This document shows, piece by piece, positions 41,600 through 51,722 of a stretch of DNA of 64,000 nt. Position 1 is the first letter of the stretch; the number at the start of each line of letters is the position of its first letter. The notes beneath the pieces are model-generated. The model was given only the letters and a program-made list of their open reading frames with translations, did not search any database and was not told the DNA's origin. A program made the translations under genes and the position numbers. The stretch comes from Pirellulales bacterium (lineage in GTDB: Bacteria > Planctomycetota > Planctomycetia > Pirellulales > JAICIG01): assembly GCA_040901675.1 (NCBI GenBank), contig JBBDYJ010000041.1, positions 10,475-74,474 on the forward strand. Reading direction: 5' to 3'.

Positions 41600-44500
41600 C
41601 GTCCAAAGCCTTCCGTGACGAATCGGGAGAGGGGCCAATCACCGGTATCTTTTCCCGGCGGTACACGTCCAGCAGGAACGGGTCGCCGGCCTGGTACTTT
41701 TTCCGGAAAGAATCGCCGCTGTAGATGGCGGGATTGATGCGCCGCCCCAGCGCGCGCTCGGCGTCTCGAAGCGGGGTTGACAGGTCCTTCAACCTGATCG
41801 CGCCGATGATCAACAAGTCGATGTCGCTGTCTGGTGCTTGACGGCTGCGCGCGGTGGAGCCAAACACGAAGGCAATCTCGACGCCGTCGCCGAACGGCTT
41901 GAGCGACTGGGCGAGAACCGCTTCCAACCGGATCCCACCCCGGGCTTGTCTGGCGGCCGCGAGTGCCGCGAGGCTCTCCAGAGCATGGCAGCAGGGCTGG
42001 TCGAGACTCATCAACAGCTCTTGGGCCTTCTCGACAAGCGAATGTTCCCAGGGGATTCTTTCAGCCGCCGTAGCAGTTGCCAGACATTGAGCGGCGACCC
42101 GCCGAATGCTCAATGGCTCCGGCGCGTCCAGCCAGCCCTTGAAGGCTTCCGTGATCTTGTCGCTCTTGCCGATCGACGGTTTCAAGGCCCAGGCAGCGGA
42201 CAACTTGACTTCATCCGCCTCGGACGGGTCGGCGACAAGCCGCAGCAACAACTCGGTCACGGTCGGCTCGGTTACGGCGGCCTTGGACAGCCCAATAGCC
42301 GTAGCCGCGCGAAGCTCGCTGGAGTGTTTGCCTTCAAGCAGTTGTAACAGTCGATCCCGCAGTGTGTTGTCTCGCGATGCGGCCTCGTCCAAGCCCGCCG
42401 CACAGGCGGCACGGACTCGCTCGTCGGAGTCGCGATCGAGCACGCGAGCCAGGAGCTGCCTCGTGTTGTGGCGCCCCTTCGATGCGGAACCCAAGGCCCA
42501 TGCGGACGCCACGCGCAGCGAGACGGGAGCATCCGACGACAGAATCTTCCGAAGCCGCACACGGGATCGCTGATCGGTGCCGACTCGTCGGCCAAGCTCT
42601 CGAACCAACAGGTGCTTCAGTTGTACACTCTGCCGCTGATCTTCCAGGATCGAACAGGCGCTCTTGTACCACGCGTCCGGATGTTCCAGTAACATGGTCG
42701 CATTCAAGAAGGCCACCTGGCGCGTGTCGCCATCCAGCTCGACGGAAATCTCCCGGGCGGCCTGCGACTCGAATCCCTCGAAAAGCTCGTCGCCGGCCTT
42801 TTCGAAAATCTCCCGCAACTTGATGCGGTCGTACAGGCATTTGTAATCATCCGCGTCAAGTTCCGTCCGGGCCGCCGATAGGATCTTGGCAATCGCTTCC
42901 TGCGCCTCCCTTTCCCATCGGGTGCCCTCCAGGTTCTCGAGAATCTCGAATGCTTCCAGCGTTATGCCGAGCCATTTCGACCGCCCAAGTTCGGCGAGGT
43001 CGTCAAAGAGCGTTGAAACGAGGCGGCGGTTGGCCAGCGTTGTGCCGTCCGACAAGCAGTTGAGCGCAAGCAGCGGCCCGCGCTTCAAAAACCGCCCGAC
43101 TGGATCCGGATCGTCAACGATGTTCGAGACAAGCGACTCCGCCAGCGGCGGCGTGAGCTGGGCAGCAACCAGGCGCACTACTTCGCACCATTGCGGGTGG
43201 AACAAATAGCCCTTCAAGCAGTCGCTCACGTCCCGGGAACGCGATGCATCTGCTTCGTCAATGACGCCGAGGGACGCAAAATACTCTTGCAATGTCCGAT
43301 GCGAAAAGCCGAACAAATCAAGACCCCGCTCTTCAATCAATCCCGTCCGCTCCGCAAGATACCGGACGATTCGATCGGAAATATCGTTGGCTTCTTTCAA
43401 ATCGAAACCGAGCTTTTGCTGCAAGTGATCTCGCAGCGTGTCGGCCAGCCACCAGCGTGGCACAAGCGTGCGCTGGGCTTTCTGCATTGCCAGTGAGACG
43501 TCGGAGAGCAGCCACCGAAACTCACGTGCATCCAGAGTAATGCTGTAAGTTTCGTCGAACTTCTCGGTCGCGCGCTTGGTCTTTTCCCAAGTGTCCAGGA
43601 ACACATCGACGACTTTTTCGTAAAGGTCGACGCGCCGCCGAGGCAATGTTCCGCCGCGTGCGCCAAAAAGGAGCACGAGGATCGTCAGAATCAGCGGGTT
43701 CGATCCGAGGGCCCGTACCCGAGGGTTGGAGAAGATCGCCGATTGCAGGTCATCCAAGACGGCGGCATGCGGCTGCCCCTGAATACGAGAAAGCACCTTG
43801 GCCCACTTTTCCGCAAAGTCCAGAAGCTGCTGACGGTTGTATCCCAGGACGCGAAACACGCTAAAGCCCAGCGCAGTCCACGGTCCGGATTCAAAGCCCA
43901 CGACTCGCGAAGCGAGCACGAAGCGATTCTTCGGGTAGCTTTCGATGAAGGCCTTCACAGCCTGGATCAGGCTTTCACACTGCTTGTGATCGCCTACCTC
44001 GTCGAGGCCGTCGAGCAGCACGAGGCACCCGCGCTTTTCGTCGGACAGTTCCTTGGCAAGTGATTCTTCAATACCGGCGCATCCGCCATGCGCCGCTCGG
44101 GCGGCAACGAACTTCAGCAGGTCAACGCGCGGGTCGAGTTCCTGGGCGCGGCCAAACTCCGCCAGGCGGATGTAGACCGGCAACTGGGCTTGCTGGTCCT
44201 TTACCATTGCCCGGGAATGGGCCAGGTAGCGAAGCAGCGTTGTCTTTCCGCTGCCTGGATCGCCCAGAACAACGACTCGATCCGAGGTTTGGACGCACTG
44301 AGTGGCCGAAAGGGGCGGGCTCGGTTGACGCTTAGCGGTTCCACTTGTGCGAGGGCGGCAGTCATCGGATGACTCTTCGGGTTGCTCACGAAGGGTCAAG
44401 TCGACAAAGATCTCGTCGATCGGCTGCCGCTCGAATTGCGGCATTCCAATCCCTCGAAAATCAACCTTCCCGTACTCCTCCGCCACCCAGCGGAGATAAT

Positions 44501-44720
44501 CGCTCAGTCCGCCCCCAACCAAGAGGTCTGCAGGAGGCAAGTTAAGCCCATCGGCCAGCCGCCGGACGGTCGATTCCCGGACCGGCGCCGTTTTCCGTGA
44601 AAGAAGCCGGCTCAACTGGGCCCGGGAAACGCCAGAACGCCTCGCAAGTTCAGATTGCGCAATGCCTTGCGACTCCATTTTGGATCGCAAAGCATGCACG
44701 TCGAGGACGGTCTCATCCAT
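41553..44720 (-). CDS. XRE-HTH + NACHT NTPase + HEAT repeats + C-terminal MNT nucleotidyltransferase fusion protein
   Basis: HTH 'IAQSELARRSGVSRAQLSRL'; Walker A GDPGSGKTT; Walker B LVLLDGLDEV; 'NPLILTIL'; WHD 'FSHRTLQEYFAS'; HEAT-like 'LRVASAWALG', 'VRAACAAGL', 'LRAATAIGL'; MNT 'FVFGSTAR...DSDIDLL'. Confidence 0.9.
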   Translation of the reverse strand: MDETVLDVHALRSKMESQGIAQSELARRSGVSRAQLSRLLSRKTAPVRESTVRRLADGLNLPPADLLVGGGLSDYLRWVAEEYGKVDFRGIGMPQFERQPIDEIFVDLTLREQPEESSDDCRPRTSGTAKRQPSPPLSATQCVQTSDRVVVLGDPGSGKTTLLRYLAHSRAMVKDQQAQLPVYIRLAEFGRAQELDPRVDLLKFVAARAAHGGCAGIEESLAKELSDEKRGCLVLLDGLDEVGDHKQCESLIQAVKAFIESYPKNRFVLASRVVGFESGPWTALGFSVFRVLGYNRQQLLDFAEKWAKVLSRIQGQPHAAVLDDLQSAIFSNPRVRALGSNPLILTILVLLFGARGGTLPRRRVDLYEKVVDVFLDTWEKTKRATEKFDETYSITLDAREFRWLLSDVSLAMQKAQRTLVPRWWLADTLRDHLQQKLGFDLKEANDISDRIVRYLAERTGLIEERGLDLFGFSHRTLQEYFASLGVIDEADASRSRDVSDCLKGYLFHPQWCEVVRLVAAQLTPPLAESLVSNIVDDPDPVGRFLKRGPLLALNCLSDGTTLANRRLVSTLFDDLAELGRSKWLGITLEAFEILENLEGTRWEREAQEAIAKILSAARTELDADDYKCLYDRIKLREIFEKAGDELFEGFESQAAREISVELDGDTRQVAFLNATMLLEHPDAWYKSACSILEDQRQSVQLKHLLVRELGRRVGTDQRSRVRLRKILSSDAPVSLRVASAWALGSASKGRHNTRQLLARVLDRDSDERVRAACAAGLDEAASRDNTLRDRLLQLLEGKHSSELRAATAIGLSKAAVTEPTVTELLLRLVADPSEADEVKLSAAWALKPSIGKSDKITEAFKGWLDAPEPLSIRRVAAQCLATATAAERIPWEHSLVEKAQELLMSLDQPCCHALESLAALAAARQARGGIRLEAVLAQSLKPFGDGVEIAFVFGSTARSRQAPDSDIDLLIIGAIRLKDLSTPLRDAERALGRRINPAIYSGDSFRKKYQAGDPFLLDVYRREKIPVIGPSPDSSRKALDDELRAMVAERLASTV

Positions 44721-44868
44721 ATCTCAATCCCTGCGTTCTCCTCCAGGAATCCAAGTATACACTCTATGCCTCATTTGTCCATAGAGATATCCGTCTCTAA
44801 TGTTACTAATGAGGCGCATCATCCGCACGATTGCTGGCAGTCCCGGCAGACTAAGACTCGATGGAGTC

Positions 44869-44910
44869 TTGACGGCGTTCATTTGAACGCTAGAATTGCG
44901 TTCAAATGAA
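44869..44910 (+). promoter_or_regulatory. Sigma70-type promoter overlapped by a 13-bp inverted-repeat operator (likely bound by the BlaI-family repressor)
   Basis: TTGACG-16-TAGAAT; TTCATTTGAACGC-7-GCGTTCAAATGAA at 44878-44910. Confidence 0.7.
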
Positions 44911-44932
44911 AGCCAATCGATCCGGAGCCACC

Positions 44933-45316
44933 ATGGCCAAGCGCCCCCCCGTCGCTAAGTCTGAATTGGAGGTCGTCCAGATCGTCTGGCAATTGGGCGA
45001 AGCCAGCGTCCGACAGGTCCTCGAGGCCCTCCCCGCCCAGCGCAAACTCGACTTCAAAACGGTGCAAACCTACCTCCGCCGACTCGAGGCCAAAGGCTAT
45101 CTGCGTACGCGACGCGACGGAAGGGCCAAGCTCTACGCGCCTCGTGTTCGTCCGGACCAGGTCGTTCGCGAGGTCGTCGACGACCTCGTCCATCGCCTGT
45201 TCGCAGGGGAATCACTGCCCCTCTTCCAGCATCTGATTCAAGACCGGGGTCTGACCGACGCGGAAATCGGCCAGTTGCGATCCATGCTGAAAGAGTTGGA
45301 GGACCGAAAACCATGA
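44933..45316 (+). CDS. BlaI/MecI/CopY family repressor
   Basis: 'SELEVVQIVW', 'TVQTYLRRLEAKGYL', 'RLFAG'. Confidence 0.93.
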   Translation: MAKRPPVAKSELEVVQIVWQLGEASVRQVLEALPAQRKLDFKTVQTYLRRLEAKGYLRTRRDGRAKLYAPRVRPDQVVREVVDDLVHRLFAGESLPLFQHLIQDRGLTDAEIGQLRSMLKELEDRKP

Positions 45317-48234
45317 CGGCAGCGATGCACGCGATGGGTCATCTGGCCTGGACCCAGTTCTGGCAAGTCACGATGGTCGCGGCCGGCATCGGCCTGGCCA
45401 CCCACTGGTTCTGCAAGCGGCGCCCACACCTGGCCTACGTGCTCTGGATGGTCGTGTTGGTCAAATGCCTGGCTCCGCCTCTGTGGAGCAGCCCTACAGG
45501 TGTCTTCAGTTGGGCCGCACCCGGACTTGCCACCGCAAGACCGGTCGAGCGTGCAACCGCCAAGCAGCCGAATGACGTCGCTGCCATTCCGAGCCCCGCG
45601 CGAGCTGACCGAACGCCAAAGCAAGAGCCGGCCCGTGGCCAACCACTGCCGCGGACGAGTCCAGATTCTGCGCGCTCTTCACTGGAAGTTCGGACGGCAG
45701 ATCCCGCCGTGATGCCGGGCGCCGTGCCCACTCGAATCACCCACCTTGGGGCGGTGCTGGGCATGGTGTGGCTGGCTGGGGCGGCCGTCTACGCCGGCCT
45801 GGTCTCGGTGACCGCGGCCGGCTGCTGGCGAACAATCCGCTACTCCCAGGTGCCGGTTGATGAATCGCTGACCGCGCTGGCGGCGGAACTTGGAGGCCGG
45901 CTCGGCATTCGCCGCAGCGTACGGCTGTCGGTGATCAGCGAACCGCTCGGACCAATGACGTATGGCTGGCGGCGGCCCACCGTTGTCATGCCGCGGGCGC
46001 TGGTCGCCTCCCGTTCGAGGGACCAACTCGAACCACTGCTCGCACACGAGCTCGTGCATGTGCGACGCGGCGACGCACTGATCGGGTTGGTGCAAATCAT
46101 CGTCCAGTGCCTGTGGTGGTTTCACCCGCTGGTCTGGTGGGCTAACCGCCGGATCGCTTACGAGCGCGAGCGATGCTGCGACGAAGAGGTCGTGGCCGGG
46201 CTTGCGTATCAGCCGGGCTGGTATGCCAGGAGCCTGGTTGGCGTCTTGCACCTCAAGCGGCAATTGCGTTGGCTGTCGGCCTTGCCCGGCGTCCGTCTGT
46301 TCGAGCTTACCAAACGGCGATTGGAGCATCTCATGCTGCACTCTGACCACTTTCGAACCAGAATGCCCCGCCGCTATTGGCTGGTTCTGATCGCCGGAGT
46401 GCTCATGTTGGCTCCTGGAGCAGGCCGCAGCGGAGGCGCCGACGGGGACGCAGGCGACACAACGGTGATCGAAGCGGCACCGCCGGCACAGGAGTCGCCT
46501 TTGAGCGTAACACGCTTTGTTTCGCCCGATGGCAAACGAATTGCTTATGGTCAGATCGCGGTCGGTCCCGACGGCGAGCAACGCGTGCGGATCATCATTG
46601 GCAACGTCGACGGAACGAATCGGCGCCCGCTGCCGGTCGATGGAGAGGCCGTCGACGAAGTCCGTTGGTACGGTAACGACCGGATTGCCTACGTCACCGA
46701 TCATGGCCAGGATGGCTACTTCCTGATGGACGACAACGGAAAGGCCGATGGCCGGATCACCATGCCCGCCGGGTGCGATTCGTTTTTTCACCAGTGCCTC
46801 TCGCCCGACGGCCGCTGGATCGCATTCTGCGGAAACTATGCCGACGTTCCCAGCGACGTCGCTTCGGAGGGTGCCCGCCGGCGGTTCTTGAAAGAGCACC
46901 CGGAGATCCAGGTCAAGCACGGCCTGTTCGCGGTCGATCTGAAGCAGCAGACCGTCCGGCACTTGCTCGCGGAAACGGTCGCGAACATGCCTGCCTGGTC
47001 GGCCGACTCAAAGTATCTCGCCGCGGGCATTGGACATTATGTGGCGCATTACCCGTTGGCAATTATCAACGTCGAAACCGGCGAAGTTCAGAAGCCCGAC
47101 GTGCAAGGAGTGGGCGTCGCCTGGTCGCCCGACGGCTCGCACCTGGCCATGACGACCGACGTCGTCCGTGGTGGAAGCTGGCGCGGCGGCGTGCCCATGG
47201 ACGGCGGCCTGTGCGTCTGGGACGTGCCGGCCCGGCAGCGGACGCCGGTCTCACCGCCCGGCTCGAACGTCAGCGTCAAGGAACCGTATTCCTGGGTCAA
47301 CGGCGGCAGTCACGGTCCCGTCTGGTCGGGCGACGGCGAGTGGATCGCATATCGGCGAACTGAACACGCGCGCGGCGCCGGCCGCCAGGCCGAGCACCGC
47401 GAGGAGGTGTGGGTGGTCCGTCGAAATGGCACCGGCGAGAAAAAAGTGTTGAATCATGGGGCATCCGAGCTCGCCTGGACGGCCGACGGACGCGCGCTGC
47501 TGTGGGTGGCGGAAGGGCGATTCGGTCGGATCGATCTCGAGATGGAGGCCGCGGCCCTTGGACCAACGCCCGCGGCGCCGGTCGGTGCGTTCACCATCCA
47601 GGGGCGGATCACCGACGCATCAGGCCAACCGATGGAAGGCGTCCAGGTTCATGTAGCGCGCGGAATCGGCAGCCTTCGAAGCACGTACCCTGTCACGAGC
47701 GACGCCGACGGCCGGTACGAGATCCACTTTGGTCCGGGCATGTTTACCGAGGGGGCCAACATGCAATATGCCTGCGCGTTTGCACGCAAGCCGGGATTCT
47801 ACGAAAAGAATCTCTGCCGTGATGGAAACCTGGCGATGGCCAATTTCAAGCCCAAGAACGTTCGCCAGGCCGATTGGGGGGCGGCGGGAATTGTCTATCC
47901 GGGAAACCCGTATCGCCTTGACTTCACCATGCTGCCCGCCGCGTCGATCTCATTGGAGCTTGTCGACCCTGACGGTGCGCCGCTGCCGCATTACAAGGTG
48001 GCTCTGACGGGCGACGACTTGTATCCGGCGAGCAGCGTGCTCGCGGGCGCCGAAACCGACGACCATGGACGCCTCGAGTTCGAAAGCGTGCCGCTCAAGG
48101 CATATCACTTCTCCCTCGGCTCGCGCCGCGCCGAGTACAAGACGCAGCCCATCTTGTTCGATCGAGCCGGACCCCGCCGATTCCGCCTCGTGTACGATGA
48201 CACGGCCGGCACGTTGGTCGCCACACGCCGATAG
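45313..48234 (+). CDS. BlaR1-like M56 peptidase with TolB-like beta-propeller and carboxypeptidase-regulatory-like domains
   Basis: 'LAHELVHVRRGD', 'WWFHPLVW', 'ERERCCD'; repeated 'SPDG'; 'GRITDASGQPMEG'. Confidence 0.9.
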   Translation: MTAAMHAMGHLAWTQFWQVTMVAAGIGLATHWFCKRRPHLAYVLWMVVLVKCLAPPLWSSPTGVFSWAAPGLATARPVERATAKQPNDVAAIPSPARADRTPKQEPARGQPLPRTSPDSARSSLEVRTADPAVMPGAVPTRITHLGAVLGMVWLAGAAVYAGLVSVTAAGCWRTIRYSQVPVDESLTALAAELGGRLGIRRSVRLSVISEPLGPMTYGWRRPTVVMPRALVASRSRDQLEPLLAHELVHVRRGDALIGLVQIIVQCLWWFHPLVWWANRRIAYERERCCDEEVVAGLAYQPGWYARSLVGVLHLKRQLRWLSALPGVRLFELTKRRLEHLMLHSDHFRTRMPRRYWLVLIAGVLMLAPGAGRSGGADGDAGDTTVIEAAPPAQESPLSVTRFVSPDGKRIAYGQIAVGPDGEQRVRIIIGNVDGTNRRPLPVDGEAVDEVRWYGNDRIAYVTDHGQDGYFLMDDNGKADGRITMPAGCDSFFHQCLSPDGRWIAFCGNYADVPSDVASEGARRRFLKEHPEIQVKHGLFAVDLKQQTVRHLLAETVANMPAWSADSKYLAAGIGHYVAHYPLAIINVETGEVQKPDVQGVGVAWSPDGSHLAMTTDVVRGGSWRGGVPMDGGLCVWDVPARQRTPVSPPGSNVSVKEPYSWVNGGSHGPVWSGDGEWIAYRRTEHARGAGRQAEHREEVWVVRRNGTGEKKVLNHGASELAWTADGRALLWVAEGRFGRIDLEMEAAALGPTPAAPVGAFTIQGRITDASGQPMEGVQVHVARGIGSLRSTYPVTSDADGRYEIHFGPGMFTEGANMQYACAFARKPGFYEKNLCRDGNLAMANFKPKNVRQADWGAAGIVYPGNPYRLDFTMLPAASISLELVDPDGAPLPHYKVALTGDDLYPASSVLAGAETDDHGRLEFESVPLKAYHFSLGSRRAEYKTQPILFDRAGPRRFRLVYDDTAGTLVATRR

Positions 48235-48298
48235 TTGATTCGCGTGCTCCGCATATCTGCCCACGGCCCAGGGCAAACCAGCGATCGGATGGCCTGCT

Positions 48299-50326
48299 TT
48301 ACGCGTCGAAGAGGGCGTAGACCTTTGCCTCCCAGGCAAAGATCGGCTCGCGCCCGACCCACTGGCCGGGGACATCGCGTCCTTGCGTTATCTCGCGCCA
48401 GTTCTTGCCGGCAGGGGTGGCCGGCCAGTTGTGCACGCGATACTCGGCGCCCGGGCTGGCTGGGTTGGCCGTGACAAAGTCGGAAAAGTTGGCGACGACG
48501 ACCACTTGCTCGCCGCTGCCGGGCAGGCCGCGGCGCCAAACCACCACGCGTTTGCCATCGTTGAAATCGACATGGATGAAATCGGTGTCGTTGACGGAGA
48601 GCGCGTGGTAGGAAGCGCGGAACTTCACCAGCCGCGCGACGTAGTCGAAGACGCGGCGCCGGAAGGGCTCCTCAAGACGCTCGTAATTTACCGCGTCGCG
48701 CTGCTTCGGCGGATGAGCGACGCTCAAGTCGTGCTCGTCCGCGAACTCGTCGCCCGCAAAGATCATCGGGATCCCGACCGCGGTCAGCAGGCAGGCGAAG
48801 GCGAGCTTGATGCGCTCCTCAGTGAAAACGATGCCGTTGTTCTGAAGGAAATTGAAGAGCCGCTCGTTGCGGAAGCCTTCCACATCGTGGCTGCCGACGT
48901 AATTCACCGCCTCCGCCCCATCGCGAAAACCTATCAACCGGCAGTCGATCAGCTTGCGAATCGACCACTCGAAACTTGGCTCCTCGTCGTCGTTGCGGCC
49001 CCGAATGGCGTTGCGGACCATGCGCTTGAAGTCCTCGTTCCAAAGCCCATCGAGCCGGTGCTGCCTGAGCAAGTCGATCGGCACGGAAAGCTCCTCGCCG
49101 ACCACGAGGAACTCGCCGGGCGCCCCGCCGCTTTCTTGCCAGGAATGCCGAGCCAGGTCCTTGAACTCCCCCACGAAATCCCAGTTGGCGACGTTGTTGA
49201 CGCTGTCCATGCGGACGCCGTCGATGGCGAAGTCCGACATCCAGCGCAGCAGGCAGGCCTTCATCAACTGCCGCGCCGGAGAAAAGGCGCCGGCCTGGCC
49301 GTCGACAGGATCGTAGCCGGATGCGGTGCGAGCAAAGCGCCAAAGCCGGCCGCCGAAGCCGTTGCGAGTGCCTTGCCCGCTGGATTGCTGCGTGTCGGGA
49401 TCGTGCGGCGTGAGCTGCGGATCGATGTGGAACTCGGGGAAGTTGATGTTCTCCATCGCCGCGCGCGTGCCGAAGGCCATCACCACGTCGATGACGAAGC
49501 GGATGCCGAGCGCGTGGCAGGCGGTGACGAGCTTGACAAGATCGGTGTTCGACGTCGGCGAGGAGTTGCCGCTCGGAAAACCGAGATCGAAGTCCGGCGC
49601 GAAGTAGTTGCTTGTGGCGTAACCCCACTCGCGCTCCACGAAGCTGTCGGCGGGCGGCAAGAGCTCGAGCCCATTGATGCCGAGCTCCTGCAGGTGGCTG
49701 CGGCCCGGCTGCAACGCCGGTAGGGCGGCGAAGTTCATTGCCTCGGCATCCGAGTCCACGAGCGCGAGCACGTCGCGGAAAGTGCCGATGCCGATCTGCG
49801 GATCACCGTGGACGTTGGTCTTCGTCCACGAGGTCGGCAACTCATAAATGACCAGCCGGTTGTTCGGTTTCGCCTTGCCGGGCGCGATCGCCGGCGGCGG
49901 AGTCAACGTCTCACCGGCCGCATCACAGGGGACGAGCTGACCGTTTTCGAACTTTACCACCGCCGCCGGATCCTGGTCGTCGGCGTCGTACGGCGCGGGC
50001 AGGCGCTCAGCGAGCAAGCGCCAATCCACCGTAAACGCAGTCGGGTCGGTACACAAGATTCGGCGCCCGCCGCGAAACGGGTTGCTGTCGCTGACTTCGA
50101 ACCAGTAGTGATAAACCGATCCGTCCGTGAGACCGCACGAGGCGACGTTGATGCCCCACAGGTCTGAATGCTGGGCCATCTGTTCGAGATCGAACTCCCG
50201 GCGGTTGGCGAGCGTCGGCGGGTTGCCGGCCTGGAACTGGCCGATCACGAGCTTTGGTGCGATTTGCGTATTGTGCGGGCGCCAAAGAACGAACGCGGTT
50301 GTCTTAAGCCCGAAGAGATGAGCCAT
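48299..50326 (-). CDS. GH13 alpha-amylase family protein (branching-enzyme-like)
   Basis: 'VIYEL', 'LQELGINGLELLP', 'WGYATSNYFAP', 'IDGVRMD', 'VGEE', 'NYVGSHD', 'GIPMIFAGDEF'. Confidence 0.9.
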   Translation of the reverse strand: MAHLFGLKTTAFVLWRPHNTQIAPKLVIGQFQAGNPPTLANRREFDLEQMAQHSDLWGINVASCGLTDGSVYHYWFEVSDSNPFRGGRRILCTDPTAFTVDWRLLAERLPAPYDADDQDPAAVVKFENGQLVPCDAAGETLTPPPAIAPGKAKPNNRLVIYELPTSWTKTNVHGDPQIGIGTFRDVLALVDSDAEAMNFAALPALQPGRSHLQELGINGLELLPPADSFVEREWGYATSNYFAPDFDLGFPSGNSSPTSNTDLVKLVTACHALGIRFVIDVVMAFGTRAAMENINFPEFHIDPQLTPHDPDTQQSSGQGTRNGFGGRLWRFARTASGYDPVDGQAGAFSPARQLMKACLLRWMSDFAIDGVRMDSVNNVANWDFVGEFKDLARHSWQESGGAPGEFLVVGEELSVPIDLLRQHRLDGLWNEDFKRMVRNAIRGRNDDEEPSFEWSIRKLIDCRLIGFRDGAEAVNYVGSHDVEGFRNERLFNFLQNNGIVFTEERIKLAFACLLTAVGIPMIFAGDEFADEHDLSVAHPPKQRDAVNYERLEEPFRRRVFDYVARLVKFRASYHALSVNDTDFIHVDFNDGKRVVVWRRGLPGSGEQVVVVANFSDFVTANPASPGAEYRVHNWPATPAGKNWREITQGRDVPGQWVGREPIFAWEAKVYALFDA

Positions 50327-50333
50327 GCGCGCC

Positions 50334-51722
50334 TCAGGCGATGCTAAGATCGAACGAGGGCGTGTCTCCTTTGAGAAGTTCAAACGAGAATCGCCCGTCG
50401 CTCTGCTTCTTCCGATCGCTCAACTGCTTCTGCAGCTCTTTCATGTGCTCTTTTGCCGCGGAATTCTCCGTCGCGCTGTCGCTGCTGTTGAACCAGAACC
50501 TGAATCCGCCGGCGGCTTTGGGATGCGTCGCGGCGAAAGGGACGCCGGCCAGACGTGAATCGAGAATCAAGGCGACGACCCGCAGATCGGGGTTCTCGTG
50601 CTTGCCGTTGCCACAAAAGATGTAATGGTCGGCCGTGACTCGCTTCACGAACTCCTCGTCGATGTTGTGCTCCGAGCCATGATGCTGCATTTTGAGCGCG
50701 TCGACGTGCATGCGGCCCTGACCGTCGGTCTTCTCGTGGAACTCGAGTCCCTTCAAGATGTCGCCGGCGTGGCCGTCGCCGGTCAAGAGCAGCGTCTTCT
50801 TGCCTTCCTCGACGAGGAGCATCAGCGAGGCGAGGTTCGGCGGCGTCACCTTGGCGCGATCGCCAAGACGCTCCGCCTCCGCGATTTGGACTTCGAGCAG
50901 CTTGCGGATGTCGCTCGTGCCGAGCCGTTCGGCATCGCGCTGCGCCTGCTTGCGCATTTTTTCGAGCCGCTCCTTATTGGCACGCAGCCACTCATTCCAC
51001 TTCTTCCGGAGCACCGCCAGGTCTGCTTCGAATGGACCAATGACCGACAGGCGCAGCGAGCCGATCCGGATCGGTTTCGGCGGCGGCGAAGCCTCGCGGA
51101 CGAAGGCGAGCTTCTCCTTGAACCGCTTGTTGAGCGGAATGCCGAGTTGCTCCGCCGACACGCGCCGCGACAACTGGATCGCCTCCGGGATGCTGGCGGC
51201 GATCTCCTGCTGCTCGACCGCCGCTTCGAGCAAATCAGCATGGCTCGTGCCGAGCAGCGACTTCGCCGAGGCTGCCAGCAGCTCGCTGATCTGGGTGGCG
51301 GCGGCAGTGTCGGAGACCGGCCCGCCTGCCGAGCTCGCTGCCAGAAGATCGGTGATTTTGCCCTTATTGTCCTTGAGCATCTCGTGGAATGAGTTATGCC
51401 AGATTTCCTTCACTTCCGGCGGTCGGGGCGAATCGGGCTCGGGATGCGAGTCGTTCCCCTCGCTCAACTGAAAATCATGCACGCGCCACTCGACGTGATC
51501 GTCCATCAGTTGCAGCACGCCGGCTATGTGGTCCTGATCGATATGGGATACGTACACCAGGTCCAGCGGCACGCCTTGCTCGGCCAGCTCGCCCAGATGG
51601 GGTGCCACGAACTTGCTGTAGGAATCCCGCATGCCGCCGTCGATCAGGATCCGCCCCTGGCCCCCCTCGCCGGCAAGCAGCAGGCAGTCCCCTTTGTCCG
51701 ACTGAAACACGGTGATCTTCAA
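50334..51722 (-). CDS. ComEC-like MBL-fold hydrolase with helical insertion
   Basis: SD AAGGAGG + TTG overlapping the S8 stop; 'GDCLLL', 'LIDGG', 'SHIDQDHIAG', 'LLTGD', 'KMQHHGS', 'HENPD'. Confidence 0.85.
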   Translation of the reverse strand: MKITVFQSDKGDCLLLAGEGGQGRILIDGGMRDSYSKFVAPHLGELAEQGVPLDLVYVSHIDQDHIAGVLQLMDDHVEWRVHDFQLSEGNDSHPEPDSPRPPEVKEIWHNSFHEMLKDNKGKITDLLAASSAGGPVSDTAAATQISELLAASAKSLLGTSHADLLEAAVEQQEIAASIPEAIQLSRRVSAEQLGIPLNKRFKEKLAFVREASPPPKPIRIGSLRLSVIGPFEADLAVLRKKWNEWLRANKERLEKMRKQAQRDAERLGTSDIRKLLEVQIAEAERLGDRAKVTPPNLASLMLLVEEGKKTLLLTGDGHAGDILKGLEFHEKTDGQGRMHVDALKMQHHGSEHNIDEEFVKRVTADHYIFCGNGKHENPDLRVVALILDSRLAGVPFAATHPKAAGGFRFWFNSSDSATENSAAKEHMKELQKQLSDRKKQSDGRFSFELLKGDTPSFDLSIA

